A DNA stretch of 64,000 nucleotides from an uncultured Planctomycetaceae bacterium. Lineage in GTDB: Bacteria; Planctomycetota; Planctomycetia; Pirellulales; Thermoguttaceae. Position numbers and translations under genes: made by a program. The stretch lies in the NCBI GenBank assembly GCA_963803125.1, contig CAWDLR010000003.1, positions 2,579,548-2,643,547 on the forward strand. Direction: 5' to 3'. The notes below the pieces were generated by a model. It searched no databases. It saw only the letters and a program-made list of their open reading frames with translations, and had not been told where the DNA came from. Below, one piece after another: positions 54,449-62,899 of this stretch. Numbering within the stretch: the first letter of the stretch is position 1; the number at the start of each line of letters is the position of its first letter.

Positions 54449-56479
54449 ATGTCTCGAATGATGCGCTATCAACTCTGGATTGCCGCCGTCGCCGCGGCGA
54501 TCTTCTTCACCAACCTCGGCGCCGCGGCCCTCTTCGACATGGACGAGGCCCTCTACAGTTCCTGTGCCCGCGAAATGCTCCATCGCGGCAACCTGGTCGT
54601 GCCCTGGTTCAACGGGGCAATGTTCCCCGAAAAGCCGCCGCTGATGTTCTGGACGATGATCGGGGGATACAAGTTGTTTGGCGTCGACGAACTGGGCGCC
54701 CGCTTCTTCTCGGCCCTATTCGGCGTGGGCACGGCCCTGGTGGCGTTTCATCTCGGCCGGATTTTTTTCAATCCTCGCGTGGGCCTCTGGGCCGGCCTGA
54801 TCACCGCCTCGACGATCGTGTTCACCATTTCGGCCCGCGCCGCCACGGTCGATTCGGCCCTGACGTTCTTCACAGCTTTGGCGTTCTTGATGTTCGTGAT
54901 GGGATGGAGGAGGTCGGCAGTGGGCAGTGAGCGGTGGGCAGTGGGTGGCGCTGAAATTGGGGAAGGCGCTGCCTCTAATCCCCAATCCCCAATCCCTAAT
55001 CCCTCCCTTTCACAATTTCCCTTGCCCTACGCCATCGCGACCTACGCCTCGATCGGCGTGGCCGTCTTGGGCAAAGGGCCGGTGGGAATGCTGCTGCCGC
55101 TGGCGGCGATGGGTCTGTTCCTGCTGGTCACGGCGGAGAAAAAGGGGACAGGTACAATTTGTGCGCAGCACCCTTCGGGCCGTTCCGGCAAATTGTACCT
55201 GTCCCCTTTTTCTCCGGACTGCTGGCGCAGCCTGTTTCGCTCGGCCTGGTGGATGCGGCCGTTCACGATGATCGTGGTCATCGCCGCGGTCGCCGCGCCG
55301 TGGTACTTGGCGGTCGGCGTCGAGACGAACGGGGAATGGCCGAAGCAGTTCATCCGCGACTTCTGTCTGCGTCCATTTAAGCAGCCGATCCAAGGCCACG
55401 GTGACGCCACCGCCGTGATCGTCTCGATCCTCTACTATTTCTATCAGGTTCCTGCGGTGCTGGTCGGCTTCTTCCCCTGGTCGGTGTTCTTGGCGCCGAC
55501 GCTGATCGATGCGTGGCGACGGCTGCGCCGCCCCTTGCCCAACCAGCCGCTTGCGGTTTCGCAAGCGTCCCAGACGAGTGCAAACCTCCCAGAGGATCCG
55601 CCAGCACAGCCACCGACACTGGAACGGGCGGGAATCGTGCTCGCGCTCTGCTGGTTCGGCACTTGGTTCCTCTTCTGGTCGATCTGCAAGACGAAACTGC
55701 TGCACTACTTGTTGCCGGCCTATCCGGCATTGGCCCTGCTGACCGCATGTTTCATCGATCGCTGGCTGGCGTCGGAAAAGGGGTCAGAACTGTTTTGCGC
55801 CGGCCGGCCCGCCTCGCAGCCTCCATCGTCCGAAAAAACAGTTCTGACCCCTTTTTCCCCGTGGGTGTTGCGAAACGCCTGGATTTCGCTGATTCTCGTC
55901 GGCGTCGGCATCGCGATCGCTGTTCCCTTCATTGCCGCGAAGTTCCTGCCCGGCGAAGGTTCGTTGGGACTGTTGGGACTTCTCCTTGTCTTCGGCGGCG
56001 GGTGGTGCTGGTGGAAGACCTCGCGCGGACTGCACTACGACGCCGCCATCACCATCGTCATCACCGCCGCGGCGTTCTTGATCGGCGTATTCGGCCTCGC
56101 TGTTCTGCGGGTCGATCGCTTCCAGAATGCGAAATCAATGATAGCGGCGATCCGTGCCGACGAAGAAAAGGGGTCGGGTGTCATTTCCGCGCCTCCGCGG
56201 TCGCCCATCGCCACCTATCGCTTCTTCCGCGAGAGCACGGTTTTCTACGCCGGCAAGCCGGTGCGAAGATGCGACGACGATCCGGCCGCCCACCAAACCG
56301 CCCCGCAGGCCCTGGCCCAATTCCTCGCCACCCCAGGCCGCTCGTACGTGATTACCACCGACGAGTACGCGGCGGAACTGAAACAGAAGAAGGAGTTCTC
56401 CGGCCGCCTCAAAGAGATTCATCGCGAGCCGCGTTTTCTCGCGGACGGCGAGATGGTCATCTTCCGCCACGGCAATTGA
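54449..56479 (+). CDS. ArnT/PMT_2-like GT39 glycosyltransferase (paralog of 51544-53530)
   Basis: ATG 54449. LFDMDEALYSSCAREMLHRGNLVVPWFNGAMFPEKPPLMFWTMIGGYKLFG. Many TM segments. Several in-frame REP inserts. Confidence 0.8.
   Translation: MSRMMRYQLWIAAVAAAIFFTNLGAAALFDMDEALYSSCAREMLHRGNLVVPWFNGAMFPEKPPLMFWTMIGGYKLFGVDELGARFFSALFGVGTALVAFHLGRIFFNPRVGLWAGLITASTIVFTISARAATVDSALTFFTALAFLMFVMGWRRSAVGSERWAVGGAEIGEGAASNPQSPIPNPSLSQFPLPYAIATYASIGVAVLGKGPVGMLLPLAAMGLFLLVTAEKKGTGTICAQHPSGRSGKLYLSPFSPDCWRSLFRSAWWMRPFTMIVVIAAVAAPWYLAVGVETNGEWPKQFIRDFCLRPFKQPIQGHGDATAVIVSILYYFYQVPAVLVGFFPWSVFLAPTLIDAWRRLRRPLPNQPLAVSQASQTSANLPEDPPAQPPTLERAGIVLALCWFGTWFLFWSICKTKLLHYLLPAYPALALLTACFIDRWLASEKGSELFCAGRPASQPPSSEKTVLTPFSPWVLRNAWISLILVGVGIAIAVPFIAAKFLPGEGSLGLLGLLLVFGGGWCWWKTSRGLHYDAAITIVITAAAFLIGVFGLAVLRVDRFQNAKSMIAAIRADEEKGSGVISAPPRSPIATYRFFRESTVFYAGKPVRRCDDDPAAHQTAPQALAQFLATPGRSYVITTDEYAAELKQKKEFSGRLKEIHREPRFLADGEMVIFRHGN
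55136..55214. repeat. REP family H pair inside ArnT-like gene 2
   Basis: GAGAAAAAGGGGACAGGTACAATTTG ... CAAATTGTACCTGTCCCCTTTTTCTC. Translated as EKKGTGTICAQHPSGRSGKLYLSPFS. Confidence 0.85.
55774..55858. repeat. REP family H pair inside ArnT-like gene 2
   Basis: GGAAAAGGGGTCAGAACTGTTTT ... AAAACAGTTCTGACCCCTTTTTCC. Translated as EKGSELFCAGRP...EKTVLTPFS. Confidence 0.85.
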
Positions 56480-56504
56480 CGTTCCGGGGGCGCAGCCCCC
56501 ATCT

Positions 56505-56655
56505 CCCCTCGCCCGCTCGCGGGAGAGGGGCCGGGGGTGAGGGCCGTTCGTCTCCTCCTCCCCTCGCCCGCTCGCGGGAGAGGGGCCGGGGGTGAGGGCC
56601 GTTCGTCTCCTCCTCCCCTCGCCCGCTCGCGGGAGAGGGGCCGGGGGTGAGGGCC
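56505..56655. repeat. Three tandem 55-bp copies of REP family F
   Basis: Unit starts at 56505, 56560 and 56615, immediately after the stop of ArnT-like gene 2. Confidence 0.85.
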
Positions 56656-56774
56656 GTTCGCCCGGATCGCCTCCTTGTCTCCTTGTCTCCCCGTCTCCTT
56701 TTCACTTGCCCAGGCGGTCATGCGTGGGGAAGCGGGCTGCGGTTTTGCACCAAACGGGTTTTGCACCGCACTTC

Positions 56775-57281
56775 TCATACGGCCACCTCGCTGGTGACGA
56801 TTGGAATCGTTGGAAGCGATGCTGTGACAACGGGTTTCGGCGACGATTGCGGCTCGGGCTGACTGGGCGGTTCCGCGGTGCGCGGTGCAAAACCCTGGGC
56901 AGACCGGGCATCGGGGACTGCCGAGGGGAGAGCGGCATTTTCGTCAGCCTCGGTGTGCTGCCCGCGGAAAACGGGAGAGCTGCCGTCTTCGTCCCAGGCT
57001 CGCTTGGGCCACTGGTGGTTGTCGGTGGTGCTTGGTGCAAAACCGTCCGAGTTATGTTCGGCGGCGTCGAGTTCGGCGGCGAATTGCGGATCGCGTTGTG
57101 CGGTGCGGGCGATGGTGCTATGCGCGCAGCCGGCGATGCGGGCGGCCACGCGGCGGCTGCTGCCGTTGGCCAGCAGGGCCAGGATTTTGCGTCGTTTCGT
57201 TTCGTCCAGCGCCGGCGGTCGTCCGCCGCTGTTCTGAACTTCGGCCAGGATTTCCGCCTGATTTAGGGACTGGTCGGCCAT
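56775..57281 (-). CDS. HTH-domain protein (resolvase/terminase-small-subunit-like HTH); C-terminal half doubtful
   Basis: ATG 57281. GGRPPALDETKRRKILALLANGSSRRVAARIAGCAHSTIARTAQRDPQFAAEL. The rest is Pro/Ser-rich. Confidence 0.5.
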   Translation of the reverse strand: MADQSLNQAEILAEVQNSGGRPPALDETKRRKILALLANGSSRRVAARIAGCAHSTIARTAQRDPQFAAELDAAEHNSDGFAPSTTDNHQWPKRAWDEDGSSPVFRGQHTEADENAALPSAVPDARSAQGFAPRTAEPPSQPEPQSSPKPVVTASLPTIPIVTSEVAV

Positions 57282-57413
57282 GAAAACCCCTTGATATACA
57301 TACGACCACCTTATAGCAGAGGGTGGAGGGGATTTCAAGGGAAGTTCTTGGGCCAAAGGAGGAATGGCGGGACGGGGCGATGAACCGCGAGGAAAGAGTC
57401 GCTCGGGGCCTCG

Positions 57414-58049
57414 CTACGGGTCATCGTAGTCCGAACTTTTTCGGAACAATGACTTGAATGTTTGCTTGTAGTCCTTGTCATGCTCAAGGGCGCCGACGTT
57501 GACCGCATAGTTGACGACCGACAGCAATCGATCGTTCATGAAGCTCTTGTTGCCGTTCTTTGGGGTGTAATTAAAATAGGCGCCCATCACTCGGACACCT
57601 TGCTTGTTAAGCGCCCTGACGAGAGGCACGAAGTCGGCGTCCCCGGTGACAAGCACGGCTATGTCAATCTTGCCACCCAGGCCGACCTGAAGTGCATCGA
57701 CGGCGAGAGCAACGTCCACGCCCTTCTCATGGAGGCTTTGGGAAATGGGCAGGTATTTTGGCTCGACGCCAGCGTGCATGAGGTCGTGGTGGAGATTGCG
57801 ATCGCGTCGAAGTTGTTCCGGTGTCGACTTCTTGCTGGTGAAGAGCCCCTGGTGCCAAGCCGCGTACACAACTTTGTAGCTGGCATATCCCTGCTCTTTC
57901 TGCGCCAGGAAGGACTCGATGAACGCATGAAACGGCTGGAACTTGAGCCAACCCAAGTCGCGCTCATGGTAGTAGTATGCCTGGGCGTACGCAAAGAAAG
58001 AACCATCGTAGAAGACGCCAATCCGGCATATTGCGTTGCCTGATTTCAT
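57414..58049 (-). CDS. NYN-domain (LabA-like, PIN-related) putative ribonuclease
   Basis: RIGVFYDGSFF..., EKGVDVALAVDAL, and the hallmark VLVTGDADFVPLVRALNKQGVRV. Hand counts give 29/60 and 34/60 GC at 57541-57600 and 57481-57540. Confidence 0.8.
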   Translation of the reverse strand: MKSGNAICRIGVFYDGSFFAYAQAYYYHERDLGWLKFQPFHAFIESFLAQKEQGYASYKVVYAAWHQGLFTSKKSTPEQLRRDRNLHHDLMHAGVEPKYLPISQSLHEKGVDVALAVDALQVGLGGKIDIAVLVTGDADFVPLVRALNKQGVRVMGAYFNYTPKNGNKSFMNDRLLSVVNYAVNVGALEHDKDYKQTFKSLFRKSSDYDDP

Positions 58050-58087
58050 GGACGTGCGATCTCACTTCCTGCCTGTTCTCTGGATTG

Positions 58088-58318
58088 CTAATCTGGCACT
58101 TTGTCCCACTCTCGCAGATCCTCGGGAATCCCCAAGGTCGCGGTGTCGATCCCGGATGAAATCGAAAACGTGTGGCCCCCCGCGAGATCTTCTGCGGCTT
58201 GCCACGCCTGTGCGTAGCTCCCGAGGCTCTCGTCATCGTAAACGGGGTGGAAGCGCCCATCGCGCTCTCCGATGTAGAACGGACCGATCCGTGTCTTGAA
58301 AACGTATAGTAGTTTCAT
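58088..58318 (-). CDS. Small hypothetical protein (76 aa) upstream of the NYN gene
   Basis: ATG 58318 (MKLLYVFKTRIGPFYIGERDGRFHPVYDDESLGSYAQAWQAAEDLAGGH...). Its stop lies 38 nt before the NYN start, on the same strand. Composition is similar to the NYN gene. Confidence 0.45.
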   Translation of the reverse strand: MKLLYVFKTRIGPFYIGERDGRFHPVYDDESLGSYAQAWQAAEDLAGGHTFSISSGIDTATLGIPEDLREWDKVPD

Positions 58319-58659
58319 TTGGTTCCTCGCGTGCCCGTCATCACTTTGCCGCCGAAGTGCCGTAGGAATACACCGCATCTCCGCAGGTGCGCATGATATA
58401 GCGAGCGGGCGGGGAATCATAGTCCCCCCGAATCGCCAGAGTGTTGTCCAGCGGCCACCCGGGCGACACGGGGCGGGGATTTCAGAGTTGAGATTTCAGA
58501 ATGCAGATTTCAGAGGCCATATTTCGGGGTTCGGATTTCGGAGTTGACGGTGTGGGGCGGCGGGGGCGGAAACGTTGCCGTCTCGCGGGGTGGGCCGCAT
58601 CGGTCAACGCCCCCTGAAGGGGGCTGATGGGAAAAAGGGGAAGGGGTTGGATTCGCTTT

Positions 58660-58690
58660 CCCAGGCGTGAACGCCTGGGCTAGTGAAAAG
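58660..58690. repeat. REP family A unit
   Basis: CCCAGGCGTGAACGCCTGGGCTAGTGAAAAG. Confidence 0.85.
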
Positions 58691-58761
58691 GAAGAGTGGG
58701 AGACGGGGAGGAGGGGAGAGAGGAGAGGGGAGAGGGGAGAGGGGAAGACGGCGGGCGAGGA

Positions 58762-58856
58762 GCCCTCACGCCGGGCCCCTCTCCCGCGAACGGGCGAGGG
58801 GAGGCGGGGACGAACAGCCCTCACCCCCGGCCCCTCTCCCGCGAGCGGGCGAGGGG
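58762..58856. repeat. Two REP family F units (opposite orientation)
   Basis: Units at 58762-58801 and 58817-58856. Confidence 0.8.
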
Positions 58857-58871
58857 GAGGACGTTGTCGTC

Positions 58872-58915
58872 AGGGGCTGGGGGCTAGGGGCTGGGGATCA
58901 GGGGTCAGAGGCCAA
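58872..58915. repeat. G-tract repeat family K copy
   Basis: GGGGCTGGGGGCTAGGGGCTGGGGATCAGGGGTCAG. Confidence 0.75.
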
Positions 58916-58921
58916 GGTTCC

Positions 58922-59005
58922 CATCATTCATCACTCATCATTCATCACTCATCATTCATCACTCATCCTTCATCCCTCATCCTTCATCCCTCATCCTTCA
59001 TCCCC
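58922..59005. repeat. 14-bp tandem repeat in two variants (CATTCATCACTCAT x3, then CCTTCATCCCTCAT x about 2.5)
   Basis: Directly downstream of the pat stop. The second variant recurs at 34021-34058. Confidence 0.8.
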
Positions 59006-59010
59006 CGCCC

Positions 59011-61695
59011 TTACTCGATCGGCTTGCTGACCAGCACCACATCCTGCTCGTCTTCGTTTAGCGTGAAGCCGCGGTTGCGGAAGGTGGCCAACATGCGGTT
59101 GTTGTCCTTGGAGACTTCGGCGACCACCTTCTTGACGCCCCATTGCTTGGCGACTTCGAGACAGTAGTCGGTTAAGAGGCCGCCCAGGCCGTGGCCGTGC
59201 CAGCGATCGACGACGATCACGGCGTACTCGGCGGTGTCGTGGTCGGAGTCGGCCACCAGCCGGCCCACGCCGATCAGTTTGCGTTGCCCCTCCTCTTCGA
59301 CCTCGGCCACAATGCCCAGCTCGCGGTCGTAGTCGATGAAACAGTAACGGGTGGCCATCTCGTGCGTCGTCTGCTTGAAGAGGTAGCTGAAGCGGAACCA
59401 GAGCGATTGCGTCGAGCAGCTTCCCAGCAGTTCGTGCCACATCGGCTCGTCCTCCGGCTTGATCGGCCGCAAGGTCACGTTGGTGCCGTCCTTCATCTGC
59501 CGCTCGGTCACGTATTCCTCGGGATACGGGCGGACGGCAAGGTGGGCGTAGGGGCGGACCGTGCGGACCACGATGTCGCGGTCGATCACCACGCGGGCGT
59601 CGAGGGCAACGACCTCGTCGGGCGTGACCAGCAGCGGATTGATGTCTAACTCCCTGATCTCGGGATAGTCGGCCACGAGATACGAGAACCGCATGATGAC
59701 TTCGATGAGCTTGTCGATGTTGGCGCCCGGCTTGCCGCGGTAGCCCTGCAAGAGCGGCCAGGACTTGAGCGATTCGAGCATTCGCCGGGCCAGCGCCTCG
59801 TTCAACGGCGGCAGTCCCAAGGCGCGGTCCTGGAACAATTCGGCGGCGACGCCCCCCATGCCCACCATGATCACCGAGCCGAAAATCGGGTCCTTCTTCG
59901 TCCCCATGATCAACTCGAAGCTGTTCGGATAGGTGACCATCTTCTGCACGGTGACGCCGATGATGTCGGCTTTGGGGCGCCTCTCCTTGGCGCGGCGGGT
60001 GATCTGCTCGAAGGCCGTGCGCACCGCCTCGTCGGAAGCGAGATTGAGCATGACGCCGCCGACGTCGGTCTTGTGGGTGATCTGCGGCGAGTGGATCTTC
60101 AGCACGACCGGATAGCCGAAGTGATGGGCCACTTCGGCCGCCTCGTCGGCGGTGCGGGCGGCTTGCGGACGGGTCACCGGGATCTCGTACGATTCCAAGA
60201 ACGCCTTCGAGACGTTCTCGGAGAGAATCTCGCCGCCTTCGCTGAGGATCGTGTCGAAGACGCCCCGCAGGCGTTGCCGGTCGAGCGTGAACTCCAACGG
60301 GATGTCTTTCGGCGTCTCGTGCAGGATTTCGAGGTTGCGGGCGTAGGAGACCAGGTGCATGAACGCGCGGACGCCCTTTTCGGGTGTGTTGTAGGTGGGG
60401 ATGCCGGCGGTGTTGAGGATCTGAATGCCCTCGGCCACCACTCGCCCGCCCATCCAAGCCGCCAAGACGGGCTTGTGCGCATGGTTGGCCGCCTTGCCCA
60501 ACGCCATGGCGGTGGCGGTCGGATCGGTCATCGCTTGCGGCGTGAGAATCACCAGTACCGCGTCGACCTGTTTGTCCTTCAGCACGATTTCGACCGCCTT
60601 GGCAAAACGATCGGGCGGGGCGTCGCCCAGCACGTCGATCGGGTTGCCGTGCGACCAACAGACCGGCAGAAAGGCATTCAATTGGGCCATCGTCTCGTCG
60701 GTGATCGTGGCCAATTTGCCGTCGCGGGCGATCAGGGCGTCGGTGGTCATCACGCCCGGGCCGCCGGCATTGGTGATGATCGCCAGGCGGTCGCCCTTGG
60801 GCGTCTGCTGACGTGCCAACAGCTCGGCGCAGTCGAACATCTCCTCGACCTGGAAGATTCGCTCGATTCCCGCCCGCTGGAAGGCCGCCTCGTAGACGGC
60901 GTCGACGCCGGCCATGGCGCCGGTGTGCGAGGCCGCCGCCTGCGCCGATTCGGCGAAGCGGCCGGCCTTGTAGGCCACGATCGGCTTCGTGCGCGAGAAC
61001 GCGCGGGCGGCCGACATGAACTCGCGGGCCTCGCTGATCGACTCGATGTACAAGATGATCGATCGCGTCTCCGTGGCCGAGCCGAAATAGTCGATCAGGT
61101 CGCCCATGCTCACGTCGAGCATGTTGCCGACCGAAACGAAATACGAGAACCCGATGCCTTCGTCCAACGCCCAATCGAGCACCGAGGTGCAGAGCGCGCC
61201 GGACTGGGAAATGAAACCGATGTGCCCCTTCTCGGGCGAAGCGGCGGCGAAACTGGCGTTCAGACTGATGCCCGGCACAATGATGCCCAGACAATTCGGG
61301 CCGAGAATCCTCATGCCGTCGAATTTCCGCTGCTCCTGCTGAACGAGGGCTTCCAGCTTGCGGCCTTCGACGCCGATTTCGCGGAAGCCCGCCGAGATGA
61401 TCACCAGCCCGCGAGTACCTACCTCGCCGCATTGTCGCACCAGCGCCGGCACAGAGGAGGCGGGCGTGCAAATCACCGCCAGGTCGGGCGGATGCGGCAG
61501 GCTGGGGATGTCCTTGTAAGCCTGGATCCCCTGAACCGACTCACGCTTCGGATTGACCGGATAGACCACGCCGCGAAAACCCGACCCGACCAGATTCCTC
61601 AATACGGTATATCCGACGCTGGTCGGAGCATCGCTGGCGCCGATGACGGCAATTCGGTGGGGATCGAAGATCTTGTCGAGATTGCGGATGCTCAA
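59011..61695 (-). CDS. Pat-type protein acetyltransferase (ADP-forming acyl-CoA synthetase-like domains plus C-terminal GNAT)
   Basis: CoA-binding N-terminus (IAVIGASDAPTSVGYTVLRNL...VYPVNPK). Succinyl-CoA-synthetase-like and ATP-grasp blocks. GNAT (EYAVIVVDRWHGHGLGGLL ... RNRGF). Confidence 0.85.
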   Translation of the reverse strand: MSIRNLDKIFDPHRIAVIGASDAPTSVGYTVLRNLVGSGFRGVVYPVNPKRESVQGIQAYKDIPSLPHPPDLAVICTPASSVPALVRQCGEVGTRGLVIISAGFREIGVEGRKLEALVQQEQRKFDGMRILGPNCLGIIVPGISLNASFAAASPEKGHIGFISQSGALCTSVLDWALDEGIGFSYFVSVGNMLDVSMGDLIDYFGSATETRSIILYIESISEAREFMSAARAFSRTKPIVAYKAGRFAESAQAAASHTGAMAGVDAVYEAAFQRAGIERIFQVEEMFDCAELLARQQTPKGDRLAIITNAGGPGVMTTDALIARDGKLATITDETMAQLNAFLPVCWSHGNPIDVLGDAPPDRFAKAVEIVLKDKQVDAVLVILTPQAMTDPTATAMALGKAANHAHKPVLAAWMGGRVVAEGIQILNTAGIPTYNTPEKGVRAFMHLVSYARNLEILHETPKDIPLEFTLDRQRLRGVFDTILSEGGEILSENVSKAFLESYEIPVTRPQAARTADEAAEVAHHFGYPVVLKIHSPQITHKTDVGGVMLNLASDEAVRTAFEQITRRAKERRPKADIIGVTVQKMVTYPNSFELIMGTKKDPIFGSVIMVGMGGVAAELFQDRALGLPPLNEALARRMLESLKSWPLLQGYRGKPGANIDKLIEVIMRFSYLVADYPEIRELDINPLLVTPDEVVALDARVVIDRDIVVRTVRPYAHLAVRPYPEEYVTERQMKDGTNVTLRPIKPEDEPMWHELLGSCSTQSLWFRFSYLFKQTTHEMATRYCFIDYDRELGIVAEVEEEGQRKLIGVGRLVADSDHDTAEYAVIVVDRWHGHGLGGLLTDYCLEVAKQWGVKKVVAEVSKDNNRMLATFRNRGFTLNEDEQDVVLVSKPIE

Positions 61696-61958
61696 GATTT
61701 ATTCCTCAGGGGGGCCGTACAACGTCGGCTTGGAGCCACCAATGCCGGGAGCACGAAAGTATACGTCAAACTACGTATCATAGCCTGTTGATAGGGGTCG
61801 CGAAAGAGCCGCCGATTGCGATGAGAAGTCCGATCGTGCCAACTGGCGCGAGGAGAGTGGCGATACACCGGTATCCCGTCGCGATGCACGCAGTGGTGGG
61901 GGATGACTTCAGAATGCCGGGGGTGGCCCACGCGGGTCGGCGCAGCGGCTCGCGGCCG

Positions 61959-62888
61959 TCAAGGCCCCGCCCGTCGCAGAGCAGCCCGCGGGTTGTCGCA
62001 GGTGAGCCGTCTCACCACGTCGGCCGACAATCCCACCGCCTGGCGAAGCACCGTAGCCATCCGCGGCATCGTCGCCGTCGAGCCGACGAAATGCGAGCCG
62101 TCGGCCGAGCGGGCGACCAGGTCCTCGCCGATCTCGACGCACTGCGACCCCAACGGGTAACGTCCCGGCCCCAGGCCGGCAGCCGAAATGGCGTCGCTAA
62201 CGACGATCGAGTGATTGAGGCCGGCCAGCCGCAGGTAATTTGCCAGGGCCGTGGGCGGGACGTGGACGCCGTCGGCGATGAAACAGATTGTCAGCCGCTC
62301 GTGCAGTGCCAGCACGCGCTGGATGACGTTATCGTGCCGATCGAGCAGCATCGGGCAGCCATTGCCCAGGTGAGTAAACATCGACAAGCCGGCGTCGATC
62401 GCCGCTCGCAGTTCGTCGAGGCTCGGGTCGCAGTGGCCGGCGGACGCCAAAATCTCCCGCTCGGCAAGATATCGGATGACCTTCATGCCGCGGTCGCGTT
62501 CGGGGGCGAGCGTGACCAGCCGCGTCAGCCCGCCGGCGGCATCGAGCAGTTGCTTCATCGTCTCCAGGTCGGCTGGGCGAACGGCCTGGGGCAGATGCGC
62601 TCCGGTATAGCCGGGCGTTTCATTGAGGAACGGCCCCTCGATGTGAATGCCCCAGATCAGGTCATGCACCAGTGCATCCCGGTCTCGAATCGCGGCGATC
62701 CGCCGCAGCCGCGCTGCCATTCGCGGCAGGTCGTCGGTAATGATCGTCGCCAGGATGCCGGCCAGGCCGTCGTCGCGCAGCCGTCGGCAGGCCAGGTGCA
62801 GATCGGCCTCCGCCAGGTCATCCTGATTGAAGTCGACGCCCGCATAGCCATTGACTTGCAGATCAACGTATCGCGGCTCGCCGGACAT
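61959..62888 (-). CDS. nagA: N-acetylglucosamine-6-phosphate deacetylase-like amidohydrolase (short form)
   Basis: ATG 62888, 11 nt after the nagB stop. VDLQVNGYAGVDFN (Q-x-N type site), IHIEGPFLN...GAH, SAGHCD, FTHLGNGC, VSDAISAAG. Confidence 0.7.
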   Translation of the reverse strand: MSGEPRYVDLQVNGYAGVDFNQDDLAEADLHLACRRLRDDGLAGILATIITDDLPRMAARLRRIAAIRDRDALVHDLIWGIHIEGPFLNETPGYTGAHLPQAVRPADLETMKQLLDAAGGLTRLVTLAPERDRGMKVIRYLAEREILASAGHCDPSLDELRAAIDAGLSMFTHLGNGCPMLLDRHDNVIQRVLALHERLTICFIADGVHVPPTALANYLRLAGLNHSIVVSDAISAAGLGPGRYPLGSQCVEIGEDLVARSADGSHFVGSTATMPRMATVLRQAVGLSADVVRRLTCDNPRAALRRAGP

Positions 62889-62899
62889 GCTTGGGTTCT

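Noticed and set aside
58991-61791. 826-aa alternative-frame (-) and 572-aa antisense (+) ORFs within the pat gene
   Set aside because: Same reasoning. The 894-aa frame has CoA-binding, ATP-grasp and GNAT motifs, and the others are compositional artefacts.
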